Shown piece by piece: positions 49,714-60,013 of a stretch of 64,000 bases of DNA (the stretch's first letter is position 1; every line of letters starts with the position of its first letter). The position numbers and the translations under genes are program-made. The notes under the pieces are model-generated. The model was given only the letters and a program-made list of their open reading frames with translations. It searched no databases and was not told the origin of the DNA. The stretch spans positions 928,001-992,000 of the forward strand of contig OY776510.1 of NCBI GenBank assembly GCA_963675665.1. Reading direction: 5' to 3'. Source of the DNA: Spirochaetia bacterium. Its GTDB lineage: Bacteria > Spirochaetota > Spirochaetia > UBA9216.

Positions 49714-50546
49714 TGCACATCCTCAAAAATCCACGAGATCGCATGGTCGTAACTGGCAATCCAGTTATGTGAATGGTAATCATGCTGCAAAAGTTCAGAC
49801 TGTACTTCAAGAGATTTATGGTTTTCTTACATACGATTGAGCAGTTCTTCCCAAAACAGCACAGTGGCGCCGAAGTTTCCGTAACTTCCGTTAGTTGTAT
49901 AGAGTTTTCTTCCTTGAAGTCCTCCGGAAACAGCTCTTTCCTTTTCATAGTAGAATAATACTCCTCCTCCCCATGAGGTTGTAGAATCCGCGGCCACATA
50001 TCGTCCGAAAAGGTCCGGATGCGACAAGAGTGTGTAGAAGGTAAACAATCCGCCGAGCGAATGTCCGAACAATGCCCTGTTTTCGTATGAAGTGGACGCA
50101 GGGGTAACATTCTCTATTTGTGGAATAAGCTGTTCCGTGATGAAGTCGATGAATAGTTCAGCTCCGCCCCCGTTAGGGCTCATTACAGTATCAACAGTAG
50201 GCGTAAAATCAATAAACCTCGGATGGTCGGTAGAGCCGGCGCTCTCATTTGTATTATGACCGATTCCAACAAGAACGACTCTTTTATTATGTTTTCGAAA
50301 TAAGTCGGCTGTTCTCTCCATATGCATATCCGCGTCGAGCAGGTACACGGTTTGAAGTTCTTCCTGAGGCCCGGCATTTTCAGGATACATGATGTAGATT
50401 TTATATGTGTATCCATTTGAGGAAGCAGTCATTGTTTTTTCCGTGCTATATATTTCATAACCGGGATCATTATTACAGGATAGGAACAGAAGCAAAATAA
50501 TCGGAATCGACAAAAAGACAGGCATTTTTACAAAAAATTTTTTCAT
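49710..50546 (-). pseudogene. IroE/BesA-like esterase lipoprotein interrupted by an in-frame TAA (49827-49829)
   Basis: Lipobox LFLSC, 'YLLDAD', 'DFTP', GHSLGG; frame continues past TAA (ENHKSL...HDYHSH...ISWIFEDVQ) to a TGA overlapping the next ATG. Confidence 0.8.
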
Positions 50547-50904
50547 ATCCAACGATATAAAAATTAATCGAGGGGAACAAGACAGAAACAGGGGATTTGT
50601 AAAAATATCTGCGAAAAATTCCTGAAAAATCGACGTCCCAATTTAAAAGTGCGAAGTAAACATAATTTTTTTATTTTCCTTTGCTAAAATATTTCTTTTG
50701 CCTTAATTATAACAACATACCGGCACAATTCCGGTAAATATATATCAATTCGGAAGTTATAAACAAAAAAAAATGAGATTGCGCTAAAAAATAAATTGAT
50801 TTATGATAAAAGGTAACAGATAAGTAAATATTGATGATATAACTGATATATCAAACTCCTTTTTCATGGGCTTATAAATGATTTAGTTAAGGAGCATAAC
50901 TTCA

Positions 50905-52773
50905 ATGCATTACGATACTCTAGTTATAGGCGGCGGACTATCCGGACTAACTGCAGGCAGCCTTCTTGCAAAGAAAGGGGTCAATGTTGCGGTAATAGAT
51001 AAAAGCCGACAGCCGGGGGGAACATGCGGAATTTTTAAACGAAACCATGTAACCTTTGATCAGGGTTCTGCAATGCTGTACGGTTTCGGTGAAAACGGGT
51101 TTAATGCTCACCGGTTCGTATTTAATTGTCTTGAAGAACCTATTGATATAATCCGTCATGAGCTTTTATATTGTGTTAACTTTAAAGGTAAAAGAATAAA
51201 ATTCTGGCCTGATATTGATCGTTTTACCGAAGAACTTTCCTCTGTTTTTCCGGCTGAGAAAAATAATATAAAACGTTTTTATCACGACATGCTTAGAATC
51301 TATCGTCACGTTCTTATAGAAATACCTATGTACGCATCCGCCGACGAAATAAGTCTCCTGCAGGGTTTCAGGATTATTCTGCGGCACCCCGTTTCGTTTG
51401 CGCGATTTCTCGGTTTTCTCAATATAAGCGCCGAAAGACTTTTAAAAAAGTATTTTTCCGATCCTGAAATTTTCAAGTTTTTTGACAAACTGACGTCAAC
51501 ATATTGTTATGCAACAGTAAAAGAGGCGCCGGCCGTGCTTGCAGCTATCATGTTTGTCGACAACCATGAAGGCGGCAGCTATTATCCTGCCGGATCTACT
51601 CAATTTCTTACCGGCAAGCTTGAAAAGGTTATTGAAGAAAACGGCGGCGAAATGATTCTGGAAAAAGAAGTCGTTTCAATCATTTTCAATAAAAATCGGC
51701 CTGCCGGCGTCAGGCTGAACGACAATACGGAACTGTTCGCAGATAATATCATATATTCGGGCACAGTATGGAACCTGTACGGGAACCTTATTGATCCGGT
51801 CTTTACAACTAAAAAGAGACGGGAATGGGCAAAAAGACAAATACCTACATATTCGAGCGTTGTCCTGTTCGCCGTTGTCGATCGTAACGTCATACCGGAA
51901 GATACAGCTCCCATTGAAATGCTTGTCGGGAATCCCGATGAAATTGATGAAAGCGAAGTCACCGCTTACATACTGAGTATTGACGACAGTACATTGTGCG
52001 CCCCGGATGAGCACACCCTTGTAGTTATAGGGCCTACTTTTGAAAACTGGAAAAAATTGGATCCGTCGGAATACAGCAAGTCGAAAAAAAAGGAAATTGA
52101 GAGGCTCGTCAAGGTGCTTGAGCGCCGGGTTCCCGGATTAAAAGACGCGGTACGCTATATGGAGCTTGCATCGCCGATAACAATTGAGAAATATACAATG
52201 AAAAACGGCGGCGCGGCGGCCGGCCCAAAGCAGATGCTCGGCCAGCATATTTTAAAGCGCCTGCATACGCGCACGGAATGGAAAAATCTCCTGTGCTGCG
52301 GAGAATCGACAGTTATGGGAACAGGGACCCCGACAGTCACAACTTCGGGGCTTACGGCGGCAAATCTTCTGCTGAAGAGAATGGGCAAAAAACCTTATGT
52401 CTACAGCAAGGACATGAAAGACTATATAAATTTTACGGAAAAACCTTTTACTGCCTCAATGATGTATATGTCGCACAGCAAAGAAGAAAAAGAAGTAATG
52501 CGAAAAGCGCTGCGCTGTCTTCAGTGTGAGCATCCGTCATGTGCCGATGGAGACAAAACTGATATTCCCGGTATTATGCGAAGAGTTGCCGTATCCAATT
52601 TTAAAGGTGCAAAAATGCTATGGGATAATACAAAACCTGTTTCTGAAAGCGCTTCCGTGAGAACGGATGCAATACTGAAACAGTACGAAAATATGTGCAT
52701 TCGTAATCATCAGACGGGAAAGCCGGTTGATATAAACAGTGTAATTTCATATTTAAACTCATTACAGTCTTAA
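50905..52773 (+). CDS. CrtI/retinol-saturase family FAD oxidoreductase with C-terminal Fe-S-like extension
   Basis: GGGLSG FAD motif, 'FDQG', 'YPAGS', 'ASPITIEKY', 'CGES..MGTG.P.V..SG..AA'; tail 'ALRCLQCEHPSC...DIPG'. Confidence 0.85.
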   Translation: MHYDTLVIGGGLSGLTAGSLLAKKGVNVAVIDKSRQPGGTCGIFKRNHVTFDQGSAMLYGFGENGFNAHRFVFNCLEEPIDIIRHELLYCVNFKGKRIKFWPDIDRFTEELSSVFPAEKNNIKRFYHDMLRIYRHVLIEIPMYASADEISLLQGFRIILRHPVSFARFLGFLNISAERLLKKYFSDPEIFKFFDKLTSTYCYATVKEAPAVLAAIMFVDNHEGGSYYPAGSTQFLTGKLEKVIEENGGEMILEKEVVSIIFNKNRPAGVRLNDNTELFADNIIYSGTVWNLYGNLIDPVFTTKKRREWAKRQIPTYSSVVLFAVVDRNVIPEDTAPIEMLVGNPDEIDESEVTAYILSIDDSTLCAPDEHTLVVIGPTFENWKKLDPSEYSKSKKKEIERLVKVLERRVPGLKDAVRYMELASPITIEKYTMKNGGAAAGPKQMLGQHILKRLHTRTEWKNLLCCGESTVMGTGTPTVTTSGLTAANLLLKRMGKKPYVYSKDMKDYINFTEKPFTASMMYMSHSKEEKEVMRKALRCLQCEHPSCADGDKTDIPGIMRRVAVSNFKGAKMLWDNTKPVSESASVRTDAILKQYENMCIRNHQTGKPVDINSVISYLNSLQS

Positions 52774-52789
52774 TTTATTAAGAGGTCAT

Positions 52790-53680
52790 ATGGATAAAGA
52801 TATTTTCAGAAACTATGTAAAAAATGTTGAAAGAAGAATTGAGCCCCAAAAAGTATCTGTGGCGTATCAGGGTGCTGAATTCCTGAGAAAGTTTCCGTTA
52901 TTTCTTCAAAAAATGATTATCGGGAGCACGACAAAAAAGAAATCGCATATGGGTTTTGTTGTAGAGCCCTGGAGCCTGTTTCTTGCCTATGAAATTACTG
53001 AAGAAGATATTCAGCATTGCCTGCCGGATAATTATGAACTGCTGCCGACATCAATTTTTCAGGATTCGCCAAAAAAGAACTGTGCTGTAATAGGATTATT
53101 TAATATTCACACCGATGTATTTTGGGGAAGCAGATTCGAAATTTATATTATTGCCCGAAATAAAGATACCGGTTTAGCTTCATGGATAATATACGATTAC
53201 GAATCAAATACTATAAACTATGATCCGGGACAGGGGTTTCTTGGGGCAACTCTGCGAAAAAGTGTTTTTACAACAACTCATAAAGGAGAAATCATTACTG
53301 AATTAAAAGGCCGGAAGGGAAATAACATAATACAACTCACCGCTGATACGAAGGATGCGAAGTATAAAGAACTCGACAGGCAATTATGGATAGAAGGAAA
53401 TTTGTCGATAGACTATTCGGGAGAATTGGGAGATAAAAACAGCAACCTGTTCGGAATAATTTTCGATCCTGAAGAAATGAAAGAAGCTCTTCAAATAAAT
53501 ACGGAAAAAATACAGTTTCAGGAAATGAATTTCGGGTTTATAAACAGGAATAGTGTCTTGCTTGAAGCCTGCTGCTTTCCCTATGCCCAGCATATGATAA
53601 CTACAATAATTCCCAAAGGCCATGAAATGCGAAATGAAAAAGATCTGGAAAATAAAATAAAGGAAATAGTTGAATCCTGA
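52790..53680 (+). CDS. Conserved hypothetical protein, probably beta-rich
   Basis: 296 aa, RBS GAGG, operonic with oxidoreductase; 'LPDNYEL' segment reminiscent of acetoacetate-decarboxylase-like folds. Confidence 0.6.
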   Translation: MDKDIFRNYVKNVERRIEPQKVSVAYQGAEFLRKFPLFLQKMIIGSTTKKKSHMGFVVEPWSLFLAYEITEEDIQHCLPDNYELLPTSIFQDSPKKNCAVIGLFNIHTDVFWGSRFEIYIIARNKDTGLASWIIYDYESNTINYDPGQGFLGATLRKSVFTTTHKGEIITELKGRKGNNIIQLTADTKDAKYKELDRQLWIEGNLSIDYSGELGDKNSNLFGIIFDPEEMKEALQINTEKIQFQEMNFGFINRNSVLLEACCFPYAQHMITTIIPKGHEMRNEKDLENKIKEIVES

Positions 53681-53746
53681 TTTTAAAGCATTCTGTCCTG
53701 TTGTTTTATCAATCTTTGAGCATTACTCTGGTAATCGTGATGGTTC

Positions 53747-53780
53747 AGCACGGGACTTTATAAGTCCCGTGCTTTTTTTT
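53747..53780 (+). terminator. Intrinsic terminator
   Basis: agcacgggactt-tat-aagtcccgtgct plus T-tract. Confidence 0.88.
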
Positions 53781-53800
53781 GCTTATTAAAGGAGAATAGA

Positions 53801-54295
53801 ATGGATTTTTACACAAAGTTACCGAGAAACAAGAAGGAATTTATCATTTTTCTTGCTGCCATCTCAATTATTTCCTTGAACATAATAGCCCCAATAATAA
53901 CTTGTCTTGAAGTTGGTTTTAGCATTCAGAACTGGATTAATGTAATGAAGAAACTTCCCCTGCTATGGCCTTCAGTAATTATTGTGGTGCTGCTAACATA
54001 TAAACCGGCGGAATGGCTGACTTCAAAAGTTGTAAAGCGAGAAGACAGCTTTAATGCAGTAATAACTATAAACACATTATGCTCAGTATTATGCATTTCC
54101 ATTCCTTTGACGATTATCGGAACATGGATAGGTACTGAAAAATTAAGTATTGATCCGATAATGAATTTCATTTATATCTGGCCCAGAAATGTTACCATAT
54201 CCTTTCTGGTTGAATCTTTAATTGCCCAACCAACCGCTATATTTATAATGACAAGAATCCATATTCAGACAGATGGACTTAATAGCGCTATTTGA
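53801..54295 (+). CDS. DUF2798-like membrane protein
   Basis: 'LPRNKKE', 4 TMs, 'WPRN...E.LIAQP.A'. Confidence 0.65.
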   Translation: MDFYTKLPRNKKEFIIFLAAISIISLNIIAPIITCLEVGFSIQNWINVMKKLPLLWPSVIIVVLLTYKPAEWLTSKVVKREDSFNAVITINTLCSVLCISIPLTIIGTWIGTEKLSIDPIMNFIYIWPRNVTISFLVESLIAQPTAIFIMTRIHIQTDGLNSAI

Positions 54296-54378
54296 ATAAA
54301 ATGGTCGAAATATTAACGAAAGGGCGCTTTGATTGATTTATCAGCAGTGCCGCTTAAAGCAAAAAAGGATAAAAATCA

Positions 54379-55473
54379 ATGAGGTCCTTAAAGGCGATAA
54401 ATATAACGCCACAGAAAGCTGCCCGATTTTTAAAGTATCTATTAGTACTCTATATTGCTCTCTGTTTCCTGGTTGCCGGACTCAACTACGGACTAACACA
54501 GCATGTCAGCAATGCGAAAGCTCAGACTATACATGCAATATATGAGTTTTTTGAGAATGAACTAAAAACAATTCTGATTATTCTCTGTTCTTTACTCTCT
54601 TTAAAGGCTTTTCGCAATAGTGATGGGCGTCGTCTTTATCGGGGAAGTCTTCTCATGTTCTCAATATCAGCATTGATTATACACATTATTTTACCGGCAT
54701 TTACCGGCAATCGGGAAATTTACTATACAGCTATGCCTCTTCCCTGGGCGACGACTGGGCTGCAGCTCATGACCAGCGAATCTTCTTTTTATTTAAAGCA
54801 TATTCCTCTCTGGGGTCTTTCAGGAATAAGCGCAGCAGTTGTGTTTTTCATTATTATGAATATTTTTGTTGGAATCGCAACTCTTCTCTTCGGACGCAGG
54901 GTTCAGTGTTCCGGGCTCTGTTTACTCAATGGTTTTGCCGCAGAAATCTGGGCTCCAATTCTACCGCTGATCGGTAAAGAGCGAAAGGCCAACCCTAAAG
55001 TTTTGTGCGGATTATCAGCCGTGCGTATCATTATGTTTGTTCTGTCTATAGCGCTATCTGTCTGGTGGCTCCTGTTTATATCGGGTATAAACCTCTTTGT
55101 TCATCAGGATCTTATAGCCCGCCTCGAGGTTGTAAAATATCTAAGTATAGAGCTTTTGGCCGCAATGACTTTCTGGGTATTCTGGAACGGCCGCGGATAC
55201 TGCTACTATTGTCCACTAGGTTCATTTCTCTCCCTGTTAGCCTCAATCGGTCGACAGCGTATTCGCACCGACTTGAAGAATTGTGTGTCTTGCGGATTAT
55301 GTTCCCGATCGTGCTCTATGAGCATCGACGTAGCGGCATTTGCAAAAAGACGGGAACCGGTAACCAGCAGCCTTTGTGTCGGTTGCGGACACTGTGTAGA
55401 TGCTTGCCCTACCGAAACACTTCGATATGAAACAGCCTTCCTGAATTTATTGCGTCATTGTCGTCAAGGTTAA
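54379..55473 (+). CDS. Membrane 4Fe-4S binding protein
   Basis: Multiple TMs, GRRVQC, RGYCYYCPLG, two CxxCxxCxxxC. Confidence 0.85.
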   Translation: MRSLKAINITPQKAARFLKYLLVLYIALCFLVAGLNYGLTQHVSNAKAQTIHAIYEFFENELKTILIILCSLLSLKAFRNSDGRRLYRGSLLMFSISALIIHIILPAFTGNREIYYTAMPLPWATTGLQLMTSESSFYLKHIPLWGLSGISAAVVFFIIMNIFVGIATLLFGRRVQCSGLCLLNGFAAEIWAPILPLIGKERKANPKVLCGLSAVRIIMFVLSIALSVWWLLFISGINLFVHQDLIARLEVVKYLSIELLAAMTFWVFWNGRGYCYYCPLGSFLSLLASIGRQRIRTDLKNCVSCGLCSRSCSMSIDVAAFAKRREPVTSSLCVGCGHCVDACPTETLRYETAFLNLLRHCRQG

Positions 55474-55475
55474 TC

Positions 55476-56306
55476 TCAGGACTTTGCAGGTTCCTTTACA
55501 AGCGGTATCTGTATATGGGTCAGGTGTTCCTTCGGAAGACGGCTGACCATCTGGTCTATCAGGTGTATCTCAATTGCTGTTGCGCCGGTGCTGTATTCTG
55601 AACCATCAATGAATTCAAGTAGTTTCAGGTATGAGCCGGATATCTGTTCCAGATTACCCGGATGATAGATGCAGGCAAAAGCCCCTCCGGGAATACGGGT
55701 TGTTCTGAAACCGGGAACCGGTTTTTCCATAATCGTCCCGATTTTTACAGCATGACCGAAGACCCCTTTACGGAGGTCCTTTATTAATTTGATCCCCATG
55801 AAATCAGCCATTCCGATAAAATTGTTGCTGTACAGCCTGTGACTGAGGGGGCGGATTGTGATTTCATACTCGGCTTCCGAGCTTACATCCTTGTCTATGG
55901 TTACCATATACCTTTCAGGATACCTGATTATCTCAGCTTCAGTTTTCTTCCGCAGCTGATTCTGTGAGCTGAGATTTTTCAGGTTGTGCCTGATTCTTTT
56001 TTTCAGGTTAAGCAGCCCCCTGATTTCAGAATTGACTGCCGTAAGCTGTTTTTCATAAATATTCAGGCTGTTCTCAATATTGCTGATTGAGAGCTGGTAT
56101 TTTATTTCGGCAAGTGACATTCCGAAGTTTTTCAGGTACTGGATTTTGTCAAGAAAAAGAAAGTCCCTGTATGTATAATAGCGGTACCCGTTTTCTTCAT
56201 TTACAAGGCTCGGTTTCAGAAGACCTATCCGGTCGTAGTACCTGAGAGCTTCTACAGAAATAAAATTAAGCCCGGCCATTTCGCCGATGGAATAGTATTC
56301 CTTCAT
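55476..56306 (-). CDS. MerR family regulator with GyrI-like effector domain (BltR/BmrR-like)
   Basis: 'YSIGEMA...ALRYYDRIGLL.P...NGYRYY'; C-terminal GyrI-like. Confidence 0.92.
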   Translation of the reverse strand: MKEYYSIGEMAGLNFISVEALRYYDRIGLLKPSLVNEENGYRYYTYRDFLFLDKIQYLKNFGMSLAEIKYQLSISNIENSLNIYEKQLTAVNSEIRGLLNLKKRIRHNLKNLSSQNQLRKKTEAEIIRYPERYMVTIDKDVSSEAEYEITIRPLSHRLYSNNFIGMADFMGIKLIKDLRKGVFGHAVKIGTIMEKPVPGFRTTRIPGGAFACIYHPGNLEQISGSYLKLLEFIDGSEYSTGATAIEIHLIDQMVSRLPKEHLTHIQIPLVKEPAKS

Positions 56307-56338
56307 GGTTACAGCCTGAATGATATCATGAAAACACT

Positions 56339-57727
56339 TTAAACCGCCACAATTTCAGCAAGACAGGATTCCCAGCCGCCGACAAGCCTGTTGATATCGT
56401 CGGTTGTGGCCACCGGGGGGACCAGCATCATGTTGTGAAAAGGTGTAATAATGATTCCGCGGTTTTCAAGAAAGATGTGGGTGTAGTACATAAGTTCCCA
56501 GTCAAAATGGTTTTTTGCCTCGGTCCCGGATTTGGGAAGAGTCGGCATGAACTGGAGTTCGCAGCGCGCACCGCTGCGGGTCAGGCTCCAGGGAATTTCC
56601 AGTTTTTTAAGGACTTCTTCCAGCCTGTCTGAAAGGTATTCCTGCCCGCTGATCATTTTTTCAAAGGCTTCTTTTGTTGCAACTTTTGCAAGGGTTTCTC
56701 TCATGGCAGCCATTGCAAAGGCATTAGCCGACAGCGTCCCGCCGATGCCCATGGGATCCGACACGCCTTTTTGCCCGAATGACGCGTTGATTTTTTCTCC
56801 TATTTCAGCGGTAAAACCGTATGCAGCTACTGGAATTCCCCCGGCTATTGATTTGCCGATAGTCAGAAAATCCGGTTTCAAACCGTATTCTGCGGTGTAT
56901 CCTCCGTAGCCGTTTGAGAATGTATGTGTTTCGTCGATAACAAGATAGGTTCCGTACCTGTCGCAGAGTTCGCGGAGCTTTTCATGATAACCGTGTTCCG
57001 GAAGCACCATCCCGCAGTTCGTCATTACGGGTTCCAGCAGCACGCAGGCGCAGTCGCGGAAGGAAAGTTCCCTTTCAAGGGCTTCGACATCATTGAATTC
57101 CACAACCCTGCTTAACGCCTCTTTGGGGACGCCCGGGTTCATATCGTATTCCGAGCGGAGGACAAGCTTTCCGTCGGGCCCGATATGGGGCAACGTTTCA
57201 TCAAGGCTGCCGTGGTAGCTTTCATTCATTGACAGGACCTTCGGCCTGCCGGTAAGCGCGCGGCAGTTCCTGATGACATAGCGGTTTGCCTCGGTTGCCG
57301 TCATTGCCACCTGCCAGAGCGGCAGTCCGAACCGTTTACCAAGTTCCCGGCCGATCTCAAGAGCGTCGGTTGTCGGCATCATTGTGGTTATTCCGCGTCT
57401 TACCTGGCTTGAAACAATTTCGGCGGTCGCTTCCGGGGAGTGTCCGAACATTGCGCCGGTGTCGCCCAGGCAAAAGTCGATGTATTCGTTTCCGTCGATA
57501 TCGGTGATTCTGTTTCCCGAAGCTTTTTCGATGAAAACCGGCCAGGAGGTGCCCCAGTCTCCCATCCAGGGCATGGGTACGCCGTTAAGCAGCATCTGCT
57601 GAGCTTCCTCAAATGCTTTTCGACTTTTATTTGTTCTCTTTGCAAAGAGCTTGTCTTCTCTTGTTCTCAGTTCCTTCAGTTTCTCATCGCTTATCATTCT
57701 GTACGGTGTTTTTTTATCAGTGATCAT
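56339..57727 (-). CDS. Class III PLP aminotransferase (GSA-aminomutase-like / beta-amino acid transaminase)
   Basis: 'DIDGNEYIDFCLG', 'ATEAN', 'YHG', 'IDETHT', 'GKSIAGG', 'GGTLS'. Confidence 0.9.
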   Translation of the reverse strand: MITDKKTPYRMISDEKLKELRTREDKLFAKRTNKSRKAFEEAQQMLLNGVPMPWMGDWGTSWPVFIEKASGNRITDIDGNEYIDFCLGDTGAMFGHSPEATAEIVSSQVRRGITTMMPTTDALEIGRELGKRFGLPLWQVAMTATEANRYVIRNCRALTGRPKVLSMNESYHGSLDETLPHIGPDGKLVLRSEYDMNPGVPKEALSRVVEFNDVEALERELSFRDCACVLLEPVMTNCGMVLPEHGYHEKLRELCDRYGTYLVIDETHTFSNGYGGYTAEYGLKPDFLTIGKSIAGGIPVAAYGFTAEIGEKINASFGQKGVSDPMGIGGTLSANAFAMAAMRETLAKVATKEAFEKMISGQEYLSDRLEEVLKKLEIPWSLTRSGARCELQFMPTLPKSGTEAKNHFDWELMYYTHIFLENRGIIITPFHNMMLVPPVATTDDINRLVGGWESCLAEIVAV

Positions 57728-57764
57728 TGAAATATTCTCCTTTTGATTTTACGGGGTTTGCTAC

Positions 57765-57795
57765 AGTCTAAAGTCTGTAGTTGCTACAGGGTCAA
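57765..57795 (-). promoter_or_regulatory. MerR-type promoter (19-bp spacer with dyad)
   Basis: Minus strand TTGACC-ctgtagcaactacagactt-TAGACT; dyad ctgtag-caa-ctacag. Confidence 0.85.
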
Positions 57796-57850
57796 GAAAA
57801 ACTTTTCAGTTGAGTTCTGTATGATTAAAGGATAAATTGAAAAATAATTG

Positions 57851-58687
57851 TTAACCGCCGATTCCAATCAAAGCCGCCCCGGCAATTGACAGGATCAGGC
57901 CTGCAATTCTTAAGCGCGTGAGCTTCTCGTGAAGGAAAATCTTCTGCAGTATTACTGTCGGCGCCGGATAGAGGGCTGTGAGGACAACTGCAATAATCAG
58001 ATAGCCGGTGCGGGAGGCCAGAAGATAAAGGGTATTGGCCGCCATGTCGAGGGCTCCGCTTAACAGGGTTGCGCGTCTGGTTCCCGTAACGAGTTTAATT
58101 TTTCTTTTCCGGACAAAAGATAAAATCAGGAATAATGGCACCGTGGTTACCCTGGCTGCGACAAGGGGCCACATCCCGGATGTGTCCGATGTCTGTGAGA
58201 TGAGAATGAAAAACCCGCCGAAGAGTATGCCCGCCAATAACCCAAGCTGAACTGATTTAAAAACATGATCGTGTTTACCGTCTTTCTCGCATGACAGCAG
58301 CATAATCGCCGGCAGGGAAAGGGCAACGCCGATCCACGTCAACAGCGGCGGCCGTTCGCCTGTCAGAAAGCCGAACAGAACCGGAAAAACAGCTCCGGAG
58401 AGCGCTGCAAGCGGAGATACTATGGAAACAATGCCGGTTGAAAGACCATGAAACAGCAACAGTACTCCCAGAGCGCCGGATACACCGCCGGCTGCTCCCC
58501 ACAGCATGTCACCGGCAGAAACATTTTCGGCGCCTATCAGAGGGGCGGCAATAAGTACGGTTAATAGACCTGCAGCCTGCGACCAGGCAACCGTAACGGA
58601 AGCCGGGTTTTTCCTGGAGGAAAAGCCGCCGAGGAAGTCGGCTGTTCCATAGGCAAAGGCGGACATCAACGCATAGAAAATGACCAT
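57851..58687 (-). CDS. DMT/EamA family transporter
   Basis: 10 TMs, 'YGTADFLGG', 'GERP', 'LYPAPTV...LHEKL'. Confidence 0.88.
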   Translation of the reverse strand: MVIFYALMSAFAYGTADFLGGFSSRKNPASVTVAWSQAAGLLTVLIAAPLIGAENVSAGDMLWGAAGGVSGALGVLLLFHGLSTGIVSIVSPLAALSGAVFPVLFGFLTGERPPLLTWIGVALSLPAIMLLSCEKDGKHDHVFKSVQLGLLAGILFGGFFILISQTSDTSGMWPLVAARVTTVPLFLILSFVRKRKIKLVTGTRRATLLSGALDMAANTLYLLASRTGYLIIAVVLTALYPAPTVILQKIFLHEKLTRLRIAGLILSIAGAALIGIGG

Positions 58688-58748
58688 GGACTGATACTAT
58701 CAGTTCCCGGCTAATTGGAAAAGCGGAGATAGAGTTATAAATTCTGAA

Positions 58749-59612
58749 TAGCAGTTCTAATTATAGAAACTTAGTCCTCTCGGGGTAACACTCTTAGGTG
58801 ACGATATTTATTCATGCCAGCCCTTCTGCAGCTCTGTTCATGATGAGTATTTAAATTTCCTGTTTGTCTGTAATCCTTTATCTCATAAGTGGTTATATGA
58901 ATGGCTCGATATCCGGGAACGCGAAGGTGACCTTCTCTGTGTAGTTCGCAAACAGCGGGAAAAAGGTAAACTGCGCTGATGTGCTTGTCACCGATGAAAA
59001 TGGTAAGAAAATCTATAATAATTCATTCATTACCAACCATCTGATTCATGACGGTACTATTGAGTCTTTTATTGAAACAGGCAGAGCACGTTGGAAAAAT
59101 AGAGAACGAAAACAATAACACTCTTAAATCTCATAGATACCATCTTGAACATAATTTTGGTCACGGGAAAAATCTCTCTCCCAGACATTAGCCATCCTCA
59201 ATATTCTTGTTTTACTTTCTCGCACTGTTCTGGGCTTGACCGATAAACGCCATCAGATGATGCGAGATACTCTACCCAGGCGGGATATGTTCTTTCAGGA
59301 CATTTCCGCATTATTTTGTTACATGCTTTTCAATGATTGGGTTCACCTTCTGAAGCACATGCTGGAATCATATGAACTAAAGGATCCCGGATAAAGATCA
59401 TATACATCCGTTATTGCAAACAACTTTTTCTACCTTCTCTCATGTCCAGCAGAATTGTGTTTATTAATCATGTTATCAACATCAAGACAATGTAATGAAG
59501 CAATTTACAGCCTTCAAAATTTTCATGTAATAATACTGTAGGTTTCAAGAGCTTTCATCTCTGTAAATTAAGGGCTCTTCCGCCCAGCCTTGCGATATAA
59601 TTAGAATTGTTG
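58749..59612 (+). mobile_element. Internally deleted ISNCY-type element with degenerate DDE transposase
   Basis: IRs tagcagttctaattata / tataattagaattgttg (14/17); frameshifted coding 58770-59394: LGDDIYSCQPFC...GRARWK/IENENNNTLK..YHLEHNFGHG. Confidence 0.8.
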
Positions 59613-59629
59613 GCCATTCTAATAAGAAG

Positions 59630-59658
59630 TTGACATACCTATAGGCTTGAGGTATACT
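59630..59658 (+). promoter_or_regulatory. Promoter with PadR operator in spacer
   Basis: TTGACA-17-TATACT overlapping ATACCT-N9-AGGTAT (59635-59655). Confidence 0.8.
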
Positions 59659-59668
59659 CATTTTCAAT

Positions 59669-60013
59669 ATGAGTAATATTCGGACGACGAATCAAAATTT
59701 TGTCAACGGTGTTCCTGAGTTGCTTATACTCAAACTTCTTGACGAGAAAGAACTCTATGGATTCGAACTTGTAAAAACCATTAAAAGGGTATCCGAAGGG
59801 TACTTCACCTTCGGCGAGGGCTGTATTTATCCTATTCTTCATACGCTTGAGCGAAAACGTTTGCTTTCAAGCCGATTGGAAACGGTAAACGGCCGGGTTC
59901 GGCATTATTACCATGCAACGCCTGCCGGGCACAGGCGGTTGAAAGAGCTTAAACACGAATGGTCCAGAACCTCTGCCAGCATAGCAAATATTTTAGGTGC
60001 AGAATTTGCGTAG
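59669..60013 (+). CDS. PadR family regulator
   Basis: 'ELLILKLL...YGFEL...EGCIYPILHTLE...R.YY..T..G'. Confidence 0.93.
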   Translation: MSNIRTTNQNFVNGVPELLILKLLDEKELYGFELVKTIKRVSEGYFTFGEGCIYPILHTLERKRLLSSRLETVNGRVRHYYHATPAGHRRLKELKHEWSRTSASIANILGAEFA

